NCBI GenBank assembly: GCA_038208905.1 | Contig: JBBQYG010000062.1 | Location: 1 to 19,348, forward strand | Origin: Candidatus Sumerlaeia bacterium | GTDB lineage: Bacteria > Sumerlaeota > Sumerlaeia > SLMS01 | Direction: 5' to 3' | DNA length: 19,348 nt | Part shown: in pieces, positions 16,808-19,348 of the stretch | Position numbering within the stretch: the stretch's first letter is position 1 | Layout of the letters: each line of letters opens with the position of its first letter | Notes under the pieces: model-generated | Databases searched by the model: none | What the model was told of the DNA's origin: nothing | What the model saw: only the letters and a program-made list of their open reading frames with translations | Program-made: the position numbers and the translations under genes

Positions 16808-18781
16808 TCAGATCCCCACGGTGCCCTCGCGCAATTCCTTTGACGGCTGGCTCTTCTTCTGAGCCTCGTGGACGGCCATGTGGGAGGCGATGATCCGTTT
16901 GGTGATGATGCTCTGCCCGATGCTAATGATATTGCTGACGATCCAGTAGAGAATCAGGCCGGAGGGGAGCTTGTAGAGGAAGAAGAGCATCATGATCGGC
17001 ATCATGATGGTCATCTGCTTCTGGATGCGTTCCTGCATTTCGTCCGCCGCGGGCATCCGCATTACGCGCATCTGGATGTAGTTCGTGGCGGCCATGATCA
17101 GCGGCAGCAGGTTGAACGACGACCCGATGAGGATCAGGTTGGTGTTCCACGAAATCAGGCGATCGGGAGCGGAGAGGTCGGTGATCCACATGAAAGGCGC
17201 GCCGCGAAGCTCCACCGACTGCGCGAAGACAACATAGAGCGCCAGGAGAATCGGCGCCTGCAGGAGCACGGGAACGCAGCCGCGGAACATGCCCAGGGGA
17301 TTGACGTTGTGCTCCTTCCAGAGCGCCATCATCGCCTGGTTCTTCTTCATCGGGTCGCTCTTGAACTTCTTGTTGATCGCCTCGATGTCGGGCCTCATCC
17401 GCTGCTGCTCGATCATCGTGCGCGCCTGATTCTTGATCGCCCAGTGCGTCAGCGGGTAGATCAGGATGCGGACGACGATGGTGGTGGCGATGATGGCAAA
17501 GCCCCACGCCCCAAGGAATTCGTGCAGCTTGCGCATCAGGTTGAGCATGAGGATCGAAATGCCTCGCAGGAACGAGAGGCCAAGGGGAACCTCGTGGAAG
17601 ACAAGGTCCGCGGGGCGCACCGCCGTCTCGGAGAGGACGAACGCGGGGGATTTGAGCGCCTCGATGGACTTCGGCCCGACATAAAGCTGGTAGGCCAGCG
17701 ACACGGTCTCGCCGGGGGCGATCTCGCGCGGGGGGTGCATCAGCTCCACGTTGAGCGGCGGCGCCGCGCCGCGCTGGGCGTACTCCGGCGAGTCGTTGCG
17801 GCGGTCGTGGAGCGTGCGCACCGAGTCCACCGGATTGCCCTCGGACGGAACGATGATCGCTGCGAAGTACTTCTTCTCCAACCCCGCCCAGTCGGCGCGC
17901 CGGAGCAAGGTATCCACGGTGTCGTCCCTGTCGAGGCGCAGCGCGCGAATCGTCTCGACCCCGCCAACGACCGACGCCACCGGCGGGTGCGATCTATCGG
18001 TGACGGTGGGATCGCCAAGTCCAGCCTGCCAGCCGATGCCGAAGCCCTGGTCGCGGCCAAGCGGCTTGCGCGTCTCTGGTCCGTTTTCGAACCGCACCGT
18101 CAGGTCCACCACGTAGCTGTCGTCGCGAAAGAGGAACTCCTTCACGCAGACCATGTCGTGCACGGGATCGCTCGTGAAGGTGAGCTTTGTGGTGTTTTCG
18201 GACCGCTCCCGGGCGAAGGTAAACAGCTCGCCGTTGTAGTCGCGCACCGTGGGGCCGACGAACTGGAGCGGGTAGTCGCGGATATCTGGATCGCCGGCGC
18301 GGGAAATCATCGGCACCGTGCCCGACGAAGTGACATCGTCGGAGCCGAGGACGTTCTGCACGGCCTCCGCGGACTTGATGTCCCACTCGATGGGGCGCGC
18401 GCCCAGAGTGGAGACTACAACATAGTAGAGCGGAGTATCGACGACGGCCAGCGGGGCCTCGGGCGCGGTGAGGAGCTGCTTGTACAGCTCCTTGCGGTCT
18501 GCGGAAGTCAGCTTGGGAATCGTGGCATCGGCGGTTTGGGTTCCGCTGGTGGCGCCATCGTTAACGGCGGAGGTCCCCGGCGCGAGCCCCTCCTGAAGGC
18601 GGCGGCGCGCCTCCTCCTTGCGCGCCTCGGCCTCGGCGCGCTTTGCCTCCCAACTGGCCCAATCCACCAAGTAGGCCTGAACCGCTTGCTTGTACTCGCG
18701 GTCCTTGGCCATCTGGCGGGAGAACATCCAGCCATAGGTCGCCACACAGATGACGATAAATACGATCCAGTTCTTGTTCAT
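16808..18781 (-). CDS. yidC: Membrane protein insertase YidC
   Basis: N-terminal TM, large periplasmic domain ending LYVGPK, WGFAII..TIVVRILIYPL, VNPLG...GCVPVLLQAPI, WITDLSAPD, LPSGLILYWIVSN. Confidence 0.96.
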   Translation of the reverse strand: MNKNWIVFIVICVATYGWMFSRQMAKDREYKQAVQAYLVDWASWEAKRAEAEARKEEARRRLQEGLAPGTSAVNDGATSGTQTADATIPKLTSADRKELYKQLLTAPEAPLAVVDTPLYYVVVSTLGARPIEWDIKSAEAVQNVLGSDDVTSSGTVPMISRAGDPDIRDYPLQFVGPTVRDYNGELFTFARERSENTTKLTFTSDPVHDMVCVKEFLFRDDSYVVDLTVRFENGPETRKPLGRDQGFGIGWQAGLGDPTVTDRSHPPVASVVGGVETIRALRLDRDDTVDTLLRRADWAGLEKKYFAAIIVPSEGNPVDSVRTLHDRRNDSPEYAQRGAAPPLNVELMHPPREIAPGETVSLAYQLYVGPKSIEALKSPAFVLSETAVRPADLVFHEVPLGLSFLRGISILMLNLMRKLHEFLGAWGFAIIATTIVVRILIYPLTHWAIKNQARTMIEQQRMRPDIEAINKKFKSDPMKKNQAMMALWKEHNVNPLGMFRGCVPVLLQAPILLALYVVFAQSVELRGAPFMWITDLSAPDRLISWNTNLILIGSSFNLLPLIMAATNYIQMRVMRMPAADEMQERIQKQMTIMMPIMMLFFLYKLPSGLILYWIVSNIISIGQSIITKRIIASHMAVHEAQKKSQPSKELREGTVGI

Positions 18782-18976
18782 TCTCAGGGGAAGGCCGACT
18801 CATTCATCATTTTGTTGCGGGGGGACCATTGTCGCCCAACCGCCGCTCAAAGGCCGGAGACGTTCCCCGAACGGGCAACGAGCCGTCAACCCAATCTGGC
18901 GGCGGCGCCCCGGCTTGTGAGAAAACGTCCACTGCCTTGTTCCAAGTCGAATAATCACAATGTTTTGCGGCGCGCG

Positions 18977-19348
18977 CTACTCGGCAAATTCAAGGGCCAC
19001 AGGCTTGGCGATGAAGCCTTGGCGGTGCGCCTCGTCCAGAAAGCGCCGGACACCCGCGCGCCCCCGGTCACCGAAATCGAGCGTCAGATCGTTCACATAC
19101 ATCCCCACGAACTCGTCCGCCAGCTGCTCCTCCATGCCGCGACCCCACTTCATCGAGTGAACCACCGCCGCGCGACGATTGGCGGGCTCGAGGGCGTATT
19201 CGATCGACTGCTTGAGGATCACGTTGAGACGGGAGATAAGCGGCTTGCCGAGCGCCTTTCGCACGACGTTCGCCCCAAGCGGCAGCGGCAGGCCGTTGGT
19301 GCGCTCGAACCACCACTCGCCCAGGTTGACGATGTTGACGAAGCCCTC
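18977..19348 (-). CDS. mqnD: 1,4-dihydroxy-6-naphthoate synthase (MqnD/MqnA-type, futalosine pathway), C-terminal part
   Basis: Frame is open from the window edge: VNLGEWWFERTNGLPLPLGANVVRKALG...SIEYAL...FVGMYVNDLTLDFGDRGR. Confidence 0.85.
   Translation of the reverse strand, partial: EGFVNIVNLGEWWFERTNGLPLPLGANVVRKALGKPLISRLNVILKQSIEYALEPANRRAAVVHSMKWGRGMEEQLADEFVGMYVNDLTLDFGDRGRAGVRRFLDEAHRQGFIAKPVALEFAE

Overview
High-GC bacterial chromosomal segment from a diderm organism (TolB, LolD-like ATPase, long-periplasmic YidC, futalosine-pathway MqnD). It is mostly housekeeping: partial acpH, a DEAD-box helicase, tRNA-Pro(CGG), aspS, tolB, yraN, an O-acetyltransferase, dnaN, a Nudix hydrolase, a YkgJ-type Cys-cluster gene-nnr-lolD-like operon, cysK, jag/khpB, yidC and partial mqnD. 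Three toxin-antitoxin-type modules are interspersed with no transposase or integrase: a collapsed PIN pair, DUF4258/DUF2283 and MNT/HEPN. The main oddities are: (1) AspRS carries a ~95-aa extra domain inside its anticodon-binding OB fold; (2) two copies of a small Lys/Ala/Ser-rich two-repeat gene, both apparently under selection, flank the DUF4258/DUF2283 pair, and one copy is in frame with the DUF2283 gene through a G6 tract; (3) a PIN toxin gene is reduced to its two termini by an in-frame deletion; (4) Jag has a GNR-repeat tail and DnaN an acidic tail. All family calls come from motif recognition by eye; no searches were run.
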